Shown one piece after another: positions 37,947 to 48,781 of a DNA stretch of 64,000 nt. Positions within the stretch are counted from its first letter, which is position 1; each line of letters starts with the position of its first letter. The stretch is from Sphingobacteriia bacterium. GTDB lineage: Bacteria; Bacteroidota; Bacteroidia; Bacteroidales; UBA7960. The notes below the pieces were generated by a model. It was given only the letters and a program-made list of their open reading frames with translations. It was not told where the DNA came from and did not search any database. The stretch is from assembly GCA_011390785.1 (NCBI GenBank), contig JAABRR010000006.1, positions 95,493 to 159,492 on the forward strand, given 5' to 3'. Position numbers and translations under genes: made by a program.

Positions 37947-40292
37947 ATGACACTTGAGATCATTCTTGTCTTTTCAACCCTGATAGCAGCTCTGGTATTA
38001 TTCTTTACCGGTTGGATAAGGATGGATGTTGTGGCATTGCTTGTTATGGGACTTCTGGCCTTTACCGGCCTGATAACCCCATCAGAGGCATTGAGTGGTT
38101 TCAGTAATCCTGCAGTAATAACAGTTTGGTCTATGTTTGTGCTTAGTGCGGCGATAAGCCAAACCGGGATAGCCAGAATGATAGGGGGCCAGATGTATAA
38201 ACTTGCAGGAAAAAGGGAGTGGCGCATTATTGTGGTTATTATGCTGATTTCCGGAGCAATGTCATCGGTAATGAATAATATTGGTGTAGCTGCACTTATG
38301 CTACCTGTTGTAATGGATATAGCCCGTACAACACGAAGATCTCCGGCCCGGCTTTTACTTCCCCTTGCTTTAGCTACCCATTTGGGAGGGCTAACCACAT
38401 TAATAGGTAATCCTTCCAACCTTTTGGTAAGTGTTGAGTTGGAAAAAGCAGGATTAGAAGCTTTTGGTTTTTTGGATTTTGCTCCTATGGGAATTAGTGT
38501 TTTAGTGGCAGGTACTTTTTTTATAGCTGTAGCAGGAAAATATCTTTTACGACAAGGAAAAACTTCAGGTCAAAAAAAGGAATCAGATGATCAGGATGAC
38601 TTAACAGATTCTTACCATCTTAGTGAAAGAACCTTTACAATAAAAATTAATGAAAATTCGGCACTGGAAGATAAAACACTTGCTGAGTGTCGTTTACGCC
38701 CGGCTCTGGGTATTAATGTTCTTTCTATAAAACGGAAAACAGGCAGCATCGTTCTTAACCCCGGCCCTGATACTCTAATATTTGGCAGTGATCAATTGTT
38801 TGTTCAGGGTATAATTAAGGAAATAAAAGCCCTGAAGAGCTGGGAAATAATTTCTCCTGAAACAATTAATAAAACTGAGCCCAAATTTGATTTTAGAAAC
38901 CTTAATTTCTTTGAAGTAACGGTTGACCCCTTATCCCCCCTTATAAATAAAACTGCTGCACGCTCCAGCATTCATTTTACAATAATTGCGCTTCGAAGAA
39001 AAGGTCATGTTATAAGGCATCATCTTGAAAAGGAATCCATTGGCGAAAATGATATTTTGTTGGTTCAAAGCAATGAGGAACAATTGGAAATTCTTTTCTC
39101 CGAAGGGGTAATTGAGAGTTATAAGGAAATCAGTAATGATAAACTCAGACTTGTTTACAAACTGCATGATCATATCTTTCTGTTTAAACTTGGTGATTCT
39201 TCGCAATTCTTCGCTAATGAATTAACCGGCAACCAACTGGGACAGGCCTTTGGGCTCAAAATTTTAGGAGTAAAAGGACCTGATGAATTATTGAAACCAA
39301 TTAAAGCAGGAGAAAAATTTATGCCCAACCATCAGATATTGGTAATGGGTAACCCTGATGATTTACCCTTGCTGAAAGAACTTATGCAACTAAAACTGGA
39401 TGAGGAAAAAGTACCCAGCGAATCAAGCCTAAAAAATAGTGATCAGATCATGGCTGAAATAATGCTTGCTCCCCGATCGGTACTGGCAGGAAAAACATTG
39501 AAAGAGATCAATTTCAGAAAGAGATTCGGCCTTACAATCCTGGCTTTATGGCGCGAGGGAAAGGCCATACGAACAAATATTCATACCCTGCCCCTTCGAT
39601 TCGGTGAAGCAATGCTGGTATATGGTAAAAAAAACAAAATAGACCTTTTGGGCTCCGATTCCGACTTCATTCTTCTTACCCAATCTACCCAAAAACCCCT
39701 TAGAATTGATAAAGCACCCATAGCCATTCTTATAACGATAGCAGTTTTATTGCCGGTAATTTTGGGTATTATGCCCATTGAAATAACTTCAGTAGTTGGG
39801 GTAGCTCTGATGGTTCTCACCGGCTGTCTGAGCATGGAAGAAGCTTATCACTCTATTGAATGGAAATCAGTATTTCTGATTGCCGGCATGCTTCCTCTGG
39901 GATTGGCTATGCAGCAATCAGGAGCAGCAGAAATTCTGACACAGCTTATCAATACGGTTTTTGGTCATTGGGGCCCATGGGGGGTAATGGTGGGTATCTA
40001 CATGCTGGCAATGATTTTAACCCTTGCCTTGCACCCAGCCGCTTTGGTGGTAATATTGTCTCCCATTGTTTTACAGTCAGCCGAAATATATGATATTTCA
40101 CCACAGAGTTTAATGATCATGATTACAATAGCATCGGCGAGTTTCCTAAGTCCTGTCTCTCACCCGGCCAACCTTTTGATGATGGCCCCGGCAGGCTATC
40201 AGTTCCGTGATTATCTGAAACTGGGCGTACCCCTGGCTTTATTTATCATGGCGATTGTATTCCTTTTATTGCCTGTGTTCTGGCCTTTATAA
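37947..40292 (+). CDS. SLC13/DASS-superfamily anion permease with four central TrkA_C (RCK_C) domains
   Basis: 781-aa ORF with hydrophobic N- and C-terminal transporter halves. The central soluble region of about 380 aa holds four RCK_C-like repeats: LAECRLRPALGINVLSIKRKTG..., ...FTIIALRRKGHVI..., LGQAFGLKILGVKGPDE..., LAGKTLKEINFRKRFGLTILALWREGK.... Confidence 0.75.
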   Translation: MTLEIILVFSTLIAALVLFFTGWIRMDVVALLVMGLLAFTGLITPSEALSGFSNPAVITVWSMFVLSAAISQTGIARMIGGQMYKLAGKREWRIIVVIMLISGAMSSVMNNIGVAALMLPVVMDIARTTRRSPARLLLPLALATHLGGLTTLIGNPSNLLVSVELEKAGLEAFGFLDFAPMGISVLVAGTFFIAVAGKYLLRQGKTSGQKKESDDQDDLTDSYHLSERTFTIKINENSALEDKTLAECRLRPALGINVLSIKRKTGSIVLNPGPDTLIFGSDQLFVQGIIKEIKALKSWEIISPETINKTEPKFDFRNLNFFEVTVDPLSPLINKTAARSSIHFTIIALRRKGHVIRHHLEKESIGENDILLVQSNEEQLEILFSEGVIESYKEISNDKLRLVYKLHDHIFLFKLGDSSQFFANELTGNQLGQAFGLKILGVKGPDELLKPIKAGEKFMPNHQILVMGNPDDLPLLKELMQLKLDEEKVPSESSLKNSDQIMAEIMLAPRSVLAGKTLKEINFRKRFGLTILALWREGKAIRTNIHTLPLRFGEAMLVYGKKNKIDLLGSDSDFILLTQSTQKPLRIDKAPIAILITIAVLLPVILGIMPIEITSVVGVALMVLTGCLSMEEAYHSIEWKSVFLIAGMLPLGLAMQQSGAAEILTQLINTVFGHWGPWGVMVGIYMLAMILTLALHPAALVVILSPIVLQSAEIYDISPQSLMIMITIASASFLSPVSHPANLLMMAPAGYQFRDYLKLGVPLALFIMAIVFLLLPVFWPL

Positions 40293-40410
40293 CGAAAAAG
40301 CATTAACAATGCCGAAAGTCATACCTGATTTCAAGTCATGGTAAAACCAAACAAAACATTATATTTACCGTTGTAAACTTTATTGGAAAGCATAGAAATT
40401 TTACCCCCCA

Positions 40411-43400
40411 ATGGCAGCAGCAAAAATCAAGAGATACGTTATTAAAGCGCTTAAAATAGCTGTATGGTTGTTCGCCTCTTTTGTGCTACTATTCTTAATA
40501 ATTTCCATTGCCCTTCAATTCTCTTCTGTTCAAACCTGGCTGATAACCAGGATCACATCGCAGGTTTCCGAAAGAGTAGAAACCCCATTCTCTATTGATA
40601 GGGTAGCCATCCGTTTTCCCAAATCGGTTGGACTTAAGGGAATTTATGCTGAAGATACGCAGGGCGACACACTGCTTTATGCCGGAAGCATTTTTGTTGA
40701 TGTGGGTATGCTGGGATTGTTAAGGAACACTGTCAATGTTAATAGCCTGGAACTTTCTAACGTGGTGGCCAACATGACACGCAACCGGCCCGATACGGTA
40801 TATAACTACCAGTTTCTTATTGATGCCTTTGCCGGAAGTACAGAAAACGATACGATTGTTGAATCTGAGTATGTAGAAAATGACCAAACAAATGATTCAT
40901 CTTCAACGGCATGGCAAATTGTTATTAAAAAAGTAGAATTACAAAAAATCTATTACCGGCTGGCCGACCATTTTTCAGGGATTGATCTCACGGTGGCTCT
41001 TGAAGAATTCACTACAAACCTGGGTGATGCAGATGTGTTGGCAAAAAAATATCACATGGGAAAAACCCTCTTAATCAGGCCGGAAATTACCCTGAAAATG
41101 TCTGAGCCATCGAAACCCTCTGAACCTGATACAGTACCATCGGAATTGCCCGTTTTAGATCTGGCACTCGATCAACTAATCACTGATGATATACAATTTA
41201 TTTATAGCAGTTTCAATGGAACATCTATGAATATTGGAGCAGTATCCCTCTTACTTTCACCAGATAATATACAGCTGCATAAAAACCTTTATGAAGTAAA
41301 TGAGCTGATATCCGATCAATTTTACGCCCACTTCGTTTTCCCCGAAACCACTGCAGACAAATCCCAAACAGTTTCAGATGATAGCGATGAATCTTCTTCG
41401 GGTGAAAAACCTTTTATATTTGATTTTTCAGAAATCATGGATTATACTGTCAAGCTGAATAACCTGGGATTAAACAACTCTGCCTTCAGCATGAAACAAG
41501 GGAATCCAGGGCCTTCATCCCACTTCGATTCCGGCAATATTTCACTTAACAATATCCAGGTTCAGCTTTCAGATATCACCGTTTCGCCCAATGAGCTGAT
41601 CTTGGATATTGATCAATTGGCTATGATCTTTTCAGATGACTTTCAACTCGAAGATTTCCAGGCAAATATTAACTTGGGAGGCAACAGTTTAATTGATATT
41701 CAGAATTTAACCACCAACCAAAGCAAAGTGGCGTTTCGTTTCGAGAGCACAGACAATCTTCTATATTTCTCATCGGATGAAATTGATAACGTGCAATTTG
41801 ATTTATCGATAGCGGAAATCCTAATTCAAAAAGACCTTGCCTGGCTGGTACCTACCATGAACGATTACTACTTTTCATGGCCCAAAACAAAAGGAATCAG
41901 GTTGCAGGGAAAACTTTCCGGGGTTGTTTCAGACCTTGACATCGATAATTTTTCTGCCGAAGCACCCGGTTTTTTTAACACCCAGATAAGTGGCCATTTC
42001 AAAAATATCACCAATCCCGACAGTCTTTGGATAGACATGCACGGCTTAAAAATTGAAGCCATACCCGGTCCATTCTTTGCCAACCTACCCGATTCGCTGG
42101 CACCTGCAGGCCTCCAATTGCCCGAAAGAATTACACTGGAAGCCAGAGCAAAAGGCTCGCGCCAGGATTTTTCACTTACTACCGAAATACTTTCTGATTT
42201 CGGTAATGCCAAACTGGCAGCTGAACTGAAAACGGCAGATGAAAACACCGAAACATTTGCCCTTGATTTTTCAACAGATGGATTCGATGTAGGCAAACTT
42301 ATGGGCCAACAAGAGATGCTTACAGAACCTTTGGAATTCCAATTAACCGCCAATGGTAAGGGCCTCAACCCACAAACCATGGCACTTGAAGCAACCGCCA
42401 CCATTGAAAATCTTCATCTTAACCAATATGCCTATCAACCCCTGAAAATAGAAATGCAATTGGCTGATTCTACAGCATCTGTTAAGAGTCAATACCAGGA
42501 TGAGTATCTTTCTTTCGACCTTGAAAGTTCCTTTGCAGCCTTTAAACAAATACCTGAGTTAATGGCAGACGTTCGTCTCAATTACGGTCAGTTTCAAAAA
42601 TTAGGTTTTGTAGATGATGATTTACTGGTGAAAGTAAGCCTTAACACCCATTTGCTTTTCAACGTTGATGATTTTTTCAGTGGCGATCTGATAATTTCTG
42701 ATGCAGCTTTTGCCCGTGACGGTGAAATATATGAAATCCCTGAACTTACCGTATACTCTGATGCTGATGATGCCAGTTATGGTGTTTCCATTTCTTCACC
42801 GTTTTTAACAGCCAATTACCAGGGAAATATAAGCCCGACAGCACTTCCAAAAGAATTGATTAATCATTTTTCTGACTATTTTGAAATGCCTGGCTTTACT
42901 CCCGATAGCACTGTGGCCGATACAGTTAAGAGGTTTGAATTTACCCTTGCCCTTTTACCCCATGATGTTGTAACCCAAATATTCATGAACCAGATTTCGG
43001 AATACGATACGCTGAACATGAAAGCCTCCTACAACAACCTGGATAGCGAACTTTCCCTTGATATTAACTGGCCGGGCCTTGATTACGGTTCGATGGATTT
43101 AAAGGATTTTACTGCCAAAATTGTAAGCAACAGACAAGCCATGCGCTACCAGGTGAATCTAAGTTCTTTCATGATAAGTGACATTACTTTACATCAATTC
43201 AACGTGCAGGGTGATCTGAAAAATCAGGAACTTACTTATACCATTGCCTTTAGTGATGTTGATGATAATCCACTGTATCGCTTTCCAGGCAGTCTTCAAA
43301 TCGAAGATAGCATTTACCATATTAAGCTGAACCACGATAATCTTTTGCTCAATGGCGAAAAGTGGAAACTTTCAGCCGACAATATGATCAAATTCGGCAA

Positions 43401-45480
43401 TAAAACTCTTGACATAAAAAACTTTGACCTTAGAAAAGATGACAAGCATTTGATCCTGTTAACGCGCCAAGATGATAATTATGGCCAACTGCTCGATGCC
43501 AAAATACGACAAATTGACCTGGGTAGATTAACCGATTTTTCTGGGAACAACTTACCGACCCTGGGAGGGCTTCTCAATGGTGAATTTACAGTAAGAGATA
43601 TCTTCGAAACACCTGGATTTACTGCCGATATAGACGTTGACAATTTTGCTTTCGGTGGCGATACCCTGGGAAACATATCCGTTAAAGCAGAAAATCCCGA
43701 ATCAAACAGGTTTAACCTTTTTGCTTCTCTGCAAGGCAATCTTACAGACCTTGCCCTTGAAGGGTTTTACAAAACCGGCGAAGCGGAGGAAATAAATCTG
43801 GATGTTGATCTTCAAAAACTGGATCTTGCCTCATTTGAAGCATTTACTGCCGGCAGTTTAACGCAACTAAACGGTTTTTTAAATGGTAAGATAGAAATAA
43901 GGGGAAACACAACTGATCCTATTGTTGATGGGCAGGTAAATTTTAATGAAACAACGTTTCAGGTTTCAGCCATCAACAGTAGTTACTTTATCGACAAGCA
44001 ATCCATCGTTTTTAATAATCAAAATATTCGCCTAAACAACTTTACTATAAAGGATTCTGATGATCTGAAGGCAAGTTTGGATGGGCATGTTGATTTTTCA
44101 GATCTTAGCATGCTGGGCTTTGATCTGAATGTAAAATCACTGAACTTTCAATTCATGGATGTTAAGCCCACACAGGATGAAAATTACCATGGTAAGATAC
44201 TCATAAGCAGTGATCTGCGACTACACGGAACCCAAACTTTACCCATTGTTGAGGGTACCGTTAAGCTTAACGAGAGTTCGAAACTAACCTATACCCTACC
44301 CCAATCTACCCCAGAAAACATTGGCGATGAAGGTATTATAGAATTTATACAAACCGGCGATACAGTTTTTTCCAGATTAGCAAGTGAAGCTGCCACCGAT
44401 CAGGCCTCCCTGCCATCTTTTGAGCAGTTTGATATGAGTGTGAATATTGAAATAGACCCCAAAACAGATGTAAAAATTATTATCGACCAGTATGCAGGGG
44501 ACTTTCTGCAGGTTAAAGGGGGCGGTGTGTTGAGTTTTGGTATGGATCCAGGTGGCAGAATATCATTATCAGGCAGGTATGAAATATCTCATGGAGAATA
44601 CCTGCTTACCTTTTATGATGTGGTTAGAAGAAATTTCAAAATTCAACAGGGAAGCAGCATTACCTGGTCAGGCAATCCTCTGGAAGCAGAAATGGATATA
44701 ACGGCGCTTTATACCGAACGAACCAGTCCGGCAAACCTTTTGGCTTCATCTTCCGGTCAAGATCAATCATCATCCATGCGGCAACAAATACCTTTTATTG
44801 TTTCCCTTATGATGAAAGAAAAACTTATGAGCCCACAAATCAGTTTTAAGCTAGGCCTCCCCCCCGAATTCCAAAATGCATTTTCGGGCTCATTGGCTAG
44901 TCGCCTGGAACAGATTAACCAAAATGAATCTGAGCTTAACAAACAGGTTTTTTCTCTGCTTATCATTGGTAATTTTTTACCCGACAACCCGTTAGACGCT
45001 ATGGGTGGCGGCGGAGATTTTGCATCAACGGCGCGTTCGTCGGCCAGCCAGATACTTACTCAGCAATTGAACCGACTATCCGACCAGTTTATTCGTGGTG
45101 TAGATATCAATTTTGATGTTCAATCATCTGTTGATTATTCTCAACCTGATGCTGCCGGAAGAACCGAACTACAAATGGAAGTATCGCGCAACTTTTTTGA
45201 TGAACGGGTAAAAGTTACCGTAGGAAGCAATATAGAGCTCGAAGACAAAACCGGCAGAGAAAACAAACCCGGCGATATTGCGGGCGATTTTAGTATCGAA
45301 TACATGATTACACCAGAAGGAAATCTTATTCTGAAAGGATTTAGAACGAAAACATACGATGACATCTTCGAAGATCAACTTTATGAAACCGGTCTCTCAC
45401 TGATTTTTTCCAGAAGTTACAACCGTTTCAGAGACCTTTTCAGAAAAGATGAAGAAGCAACAATTACAGACGAAAAATAG
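40411..45480 (+). CDS. tamB: TamB-like translocation and assembly module inner-membrane-anchored protein (AsmA/DUF490 family)
   Basis: 1689-aa ORF with a single N-terminal TM anchor (ALKIAVWLFASFVLLFLIISIAL) and a long repetitive beta-rich body. An Omp85-family gene follows immediately. Confidence 0.75.
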   Translation: MAAAKIKRYVIKALKIAVWLFASFVLLFLIISIALQFSSVQTWLITRITSQVSERVETPFSIDRVAIRFPKSVGLKGIYAEDTQGDTLLYAGSIFVDVGMLGLLRNTVNVNSLELSNVVANMTRNRPDTVYNYQFLIDAFAGSTENDTIVESEYVENDQTNDSSSTAWQIVIKKVELQKIYYRLADHFSGIDLTVALEEFTTNLGDADVLAKKYHMGKTLLIRPEITLKMSEPSKPSEPDTVPSELPVLDLALDQLITDDIQFIYSSFNGTSMNIGAVSLLLSPDNIQLHKNLYEVNELISDQFYAHFVFPETTADKSQTVSDDSDESSSGEKPFIFDFSEIMDYTVKLNNLGLNNSAFSMKQGNPGPSSHFDSGNISLNNIQVQLSDITVSPNELILDIDQLAMIFSDDFQLEDFQANINLGGNSLIDIQNLTTNQSKVAFRFESTDNLLYFSSDEIDNVQFDLSIAEILIQKDLAWLVPTMNDYYFSWPKTKGIRLQGKLSGVVSDLDIDNFSAEAPGFFNTQISGHFKNITNPDSLWIDMHGLKIEAIPGPFFANLPDSLAPAGLQLPERITLEARAKGSRQDFSLTTEILSDFGNAKLAAELKTADENTETFALDFSTDGFDVGKLMGQQEMLTEPLEFQLTANGKGLNPQTMALEATATIENLHLNQYAYQPLKIEMQLADSTASVKSQYQDEYLSFDLESSFAAFKQIPELMADVRLNYGQFQKLGFVDDDLLVKVSLNTHLLFNVDDFFSGDLIISDAAFARDGEIYEIPELTVYSDADDASYGVSISSPFLTANYQGNISPTALPKELINHFSDYFEMPGFTPDSTVADTVKRFEFTLALLPHDVVTQIFMNQISEYDTLNMKASYNNLDSELSLDINWPGLDYGSMDLKDFTAKIVSNRQAMRYQVNLSSFMISDITLHQFNVQGDLKNQELTYTIAFSDVDDNPLYRFPGSLQIEDSIYHIKLNHDNLLLNGEKWKLSADNMIKFGNKTLDIKNFDLRKDDKHLILLTRQDDNYGQLLDAKIRQIDLGRLTDFSGNNLPTLGGLLNGEFTVRDIFETPGFTADIDVDNFAFGGDTLGNISVKAENPESNRFNLFASLQGNLTDLALEGFYKTGEAEEINLDVDLQKLDLASFEAFTAGSLTQLNGFLNGKIEIRGNTTDPIVDGQVNFNETTFQVSAINSSYFIDKQSIVFNNQNIRLNNFTIKDSDDLKASLDGHVDFSDLSMLGFDLNVKSLNFQFMDVKPTQDENYHGKILISSDLRLHGTQTLPIVEGTVKLNESSKLTYTLPQSTPENIGDEGIIEFIQTGDTVFSRLASEAATDQASLPSFEQFDMSVNIEIDPKTDVKIIIDQYAGDFLQVKGGGVLSFGMDPGGRISLSGRYEISHGEYLLTFYDVVRRNFKIQQGSSITWSGNPLEAEMDITALYTERTSPANLLASSSGQDQSSSMRQQIPFIVSLMMKEKLMSPQISFKLGLPPEFQNAFSGSLASRLEQINQNESELNKQVFSLLIIGNFLPDNPLDAMGGGGDFASTARSSASQILTQQLNRLSDQFIRGVDINFDVQSSVDYSQPDAAGRTELQMEVSRNFFDERVKVTVGSNIELEDKTGRENKPGDIAGDFSIEYMITPEGNLILKGFRTKTYDDIFEDQLYETGLSLIFSRSYNRFRDLFRKDEEATITDEK

Positions 45481-45486
45481 CTATTG

Positions 45487-47817
45487 ATGATTGCCCGAAA
45501 ACCCATAAGAAAAATCTTATACAGGAAGATTACCTTCCTGATTCCTGCTTTATGGCTATTGATCAGCTCGTGTTCTAACCTGCGCTACCTCGATGATGAC
45601 CAGAAGCTTTATACAGGAAGCGATATAACTATAAAATCTGAAGAAAAAATAGAAAATAAAGGCACTATTACCAGTGAACTTTCAAGCGTATTGCGTCCAA
45701 AACCAAATGATAAATTACTTTCCTGGCGCTACAGATTATGGCTTTATAACGTTACAGGAAATGAACCTAAATTTGGTCCGTTTAAATGGGTAAAAAATAC
45801 CCTTGGCAGGCCACCCGCTTTATGGGAGAATTTCGACGGACAGCGCGGTGCAGAACTGATGGAAAACAGACTCTTTAATATGGGCTTTTTTGATGCGCAG
45901 GTAACTTTTACCCCTAACGAAAAAAAGAAAAAAGCGAGTGCCGGATTTGAAGTTACCCTTTTACCCCCTTATACTATAAGTGAAATTGTACCTATAGAGC
46001 AGCAAAGTGATTTTCACCAGCAAATTAATACCATCTTACAAGATACACCCATGCACCAGGGAGATGCATATAATCTTGATGACTTAAAGTCGGAACGCGA
46101 ACGCATTGCCACTTTGCTAAGAGATAAGGGCTATTTCTATTTTCACCCTGATTATTTAATTTTCCGTGGTGATACGATAGGAACCGACAGAACCATCAGT
46201 CTTCAACTTGCGGTAAAACCTACTATTACACAAAAGGCGCAACATCCCTATAAAATAGGAAATATAAGCATTAATGTAAATCAGAGTGCAACAAACCGGG
46301 AGCAGGAATCAGGTAATGATTCCAATAACGCTGGCAAAAGGAAATTACTGCTGAATAAGAATAATAAAATACGATATTCTACATTGCAAAGAGCGGTTTT
46401 TTTTGAAACAGATTCTCTATACAGTCTTCACCACCATGATCTTACCCTTAACCATTTAATGGGTTTGGGTATTTTTAAATTTGTGAACTTACGCTTTTCT
46501 GAACCCGAAAGTGAAAATCAGCAGTCCTTGGACGTAAATGTTCAACTTACTCCCATGGACAAAAAAAGCATTACAACAGAAATCAGGGGTGTTTCCAAAT
46601 CCAATGATTTTGCAGGCTTTGGACTTAACCTTTCTTTCAGTAACAGAAATTTTTTGGATGGCGCAGAAAACTTCAGCATTAAACTAAATGGTGCCTATGA
46701 ATTTTTATTGGGAGCAAGTAATTATACTTCTATGTCGGAAGCAGGTCTTACTACAGAACTAACCATTCCCAGATTTTTAGCCCCTTTAAGTGATATAATA
46801 GCTGCCCCTACCTTCATACCCAAAACAAGAATTTCGCTAAGTTTCAACATACAAAACAGAAGTGATGCGTTCAACCTGGCCTCCTTTAAAAGTGAATTTG
46901 GATACCTGTGGAATGCCAATTCAATTGTAAGGCACCGATATAGCCCATTGGTATTTAACATATTTGCATTGGGAAATATTTCGCCCAGGTTTCGAGCAAT
47001 CTTTGATCAGGAAACTATTTTAAGAAGGGGCCTGTTTGAGCAGTTTATCATAGGTTCGGAGTACACATTTCTATATAATTCGCAACCATTGAAAAGAGGA
47101 AATGATGCATGGTTTTTTCAATATAATATCGATCTATCGGGTAACCTTCTGTATCTTTTTCTCAACGGTTTAAACCTGGCAGAACCCAACGATGATGGTA
47201 CCTACTCATTATTTGAACAGAATTTTTCACAATACAGCAAAACTGATTTCGATATAAGGTATTACTTTGACATTACTCCGGAACAAAAACTTGTTACAAG
47301 GTTAGTGGCAGGTGTTGGCCTACCCTACGGAAATTCAGGGTCCTTGCCATGGGTAAAACTATTTACCACAGGAGGCAGCAACAGCATAAGGGCATTTCAA
47401 CCCCGCTCGCTGGGTCCCGGTTCTTTTTACCCCGAAGACGAAGATGAATATAGTTTCAATATTTATCAAACCGGCGAAATAAAACTTGAAATGAACCTGG
47501 AATACAGATTTACGATTTCTGGAATTTTCAAAGGGGCAGTTTTTGCCGATGCAGGTAATATCTGGAATTTAAAAGAAAAAGAAAATGCCCCGGGTGGAGC
47601 ATTTAACAAAAATGACTTTATCAACCAAATTGCTTTGGGAACAGGTGCCGGATTAAGATTCGATTTTACTTTCTTCATCCTGCGGCTCGATCTGGCATTT
47701 CCTCTTGCTGTGCCTTACGACAATTCAGAAGGCTATTTTCAGGCACTTGATTTTGGCAGCGGAAAATGGCGTCGGGAAAATTTAATTCTGAACCTTGGTA
47801 TAGGCTACCCGTTCTAA
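45487..47817 (+). CDS. Omp85/BamA-family outer-membrane lipoprotein (TamL-type partner of TamB)
   Basis: The lipobox is PALWLLISSCSNL. The C-terminal barrel ends in the aromatic beta-signal ...LNLGIGYPF. The ORF-track start at 45484 is TTG; the ATG is at 45487, 6 nt after the tamB stop. Confidence 0.75.
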   Translation: MIARKPIRKILYRKITFLIPALWLLISSCSNLRYLDDDQKLYTGSDITIKSEEKIENKGTITSELSSVLRPKPNDKLLSWRYRLWLYNVTGNEPKFGPFKWVKNTLGRPPALWENFDGQRGAELMENRLFNMGFFDAQVTFTPNEKKKKASAGFEVTLLPPYTISEIVPIEQQSDFHQQINTILQDTPMHQGDAYNLDDLKSERERIATLLRDKGYFYFHPDYLIFRGDTIGTDRTISLQLAVKPTITQKAQHPYKIGNISINVNQSATNREQESGNDSNNAGKRKLLLNKNNKIRYSTLQRAVFFETDSLYSLHHHDLTLNHLMGLGIFKFVNLRFSEPESENQQSLDVNVQLTPMDKKSITTEIRGVSKSNDFAGFGLNLSFSNRNFLDGAENFSIKLNGAYEFLLGASNYTSMSEAGLTTELTIPRFLAPLSDIIAAPTFIPKTRISLSFNIQNRSDAFNLASFKSEFGYLWNANSIVRHRYSPLVFNIFALGNISPRFRAIFDQETILRRGLFEQFIIGSEYTFLYNSQPLKRGNDAWFFQYNIDLSGNLLYLFLNGLNLAEPNDDGTYSLFEQNFSQYSKTDFDIRYYFDITPEQKLVTRLVAGVGLPYGNSGSLPWVKLFTTGGSNSIRAFQPRSLGPGSFYPEDEDEYSFNIYQTGEIKLEMNLEYRFTISGIFKGAVFADAGNIWNLKEKENAPGGAFNKNDFINQIALGTGAGLRFDFTFFILRLDLAFPLAVPYDNSEGYFQALDFGSGKWRRENLILNLGIGYPF

Positions 47818-47825
47818 TCAATACG

Positions 47826-48638
47826 TTACATGAGGTTGTCCCGGTCTTTTACCTTCTCAAAATGAGCCAATAACTCCTGCTCCATTTCATCAACCGTATT
47901 GCATATCTTAAACAGATCCAGATCATCCTGATTGATCATGCCATTATCAGCAAAATGCTGGAAATTTATGATGTTTTCCCAATACACCTTATCATAGATC
48001 AATATTTTCATTTCCTTTTTGATCTTACCGGTTTGAACCAGGGTAAGGATTTCGGCCAGTTCATCAAGCGTACCAAATCCGCCGGGAAAAATTACGATGG
48101 CTTTGGCCAGGTAGGCAAACCAGAATTTTCGCATAAAGAAATAGTGAAATTCCATGTTGAGTTCATCATCGATGTAGGGATTGGCATACTGCTCAAAAGG
48201 AAGACTGATATTAAGTCCGATAGATTTGCCACCTGCCTGGTGAGCACCTTTGCTCGCTGCTTCCATAATGCCAGGGCCACCACCAGTGCACACTACATAC
48301 CTGCGGCCTTTATTATAATAGTTTTTCATCGACCATAATGTTATTCTTCTTGAGAGATCAACAGCATCTTCATAATACCGGGAATTTTTCAACCTCATCT
48401 CTGCCTGGTGAATTGCCATCTCATCATTAGGATCAGTCTTTTTTACCTCTTCGAGTTTTTTCAGGGCATCTTCTCGCGAACTCATGCGTGCTGAACCAAA
48501 AAACACAACAGTATCTTTAATTTGTTGCTGTTCGAAACGAGCCTTGGGTTCAACAAACTCGGACATGATTCGTATTATACGTGCCGAAGGAGATTTTAAA
48601 AACTCCTGGTTTTCATATGCTTTTAATATTTTAGTCAT
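47826..48638 (-). CDS. LOG-family (TIGR00730-type) nucleotide phosphoribohydrolase-like protein
   Basis: 270-aa ORF with the GGGPGIMEA and PGGFGTLDE signature motifs. Confidence 0.8.
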   Translation of the reverse strand: MTKILKAYENQEFLKSPSARIIRIMSEFVEPKARFEQQQIKDTVVFFGSARMSSREDALKKLEEVKKTDPNDEMAIHQAEMRLKNSRYYEDAVDLSRRITLWSMKNYYNKGRRYVVCTGGGPGIMEAASKGAHQAGGKSIGLNISLPFEQYANPYIDDELNMEFHYFFMRKFWFAYLAKAIVIFPGGFGTLDELAEILTLVQTGKIKKEMKILIYDKVYWENIINFQHFADNGMINQDDLDLFKICNTVDEMEQELLAHFEKVKDRDNLM

Positions 48639-48781
48639 AATTAAGGTTTATTTTTATGTATTCTTCAGTTTTTTAACTGGATTATAATCAAGTAGAAAAG
48701 CAAAATTAGTTTTTTGTTTGTGAACGCACATTATTTTACCCTAGAAATTGTAATTTTGAGCCTAACAGATCAAATTCCAAA

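Noticed and set aside
37898-38419. 173-aa minus-strand ORF overlapping the start of the SLC13 permease
   Set aside because: It is antisense to a gene with a convincing polytopic transporter sequence. Its product has no motifs and an odd composition (Ile/Pro/Ala runs) typical of a mirror frame.
41868-42404. 178-aa minus-strand ORF inside tamB
   Set aside because: It is an antisense shadow of a 1689-aa continuous frame. Its Ser/Pro-rich translation has no recognisable features.
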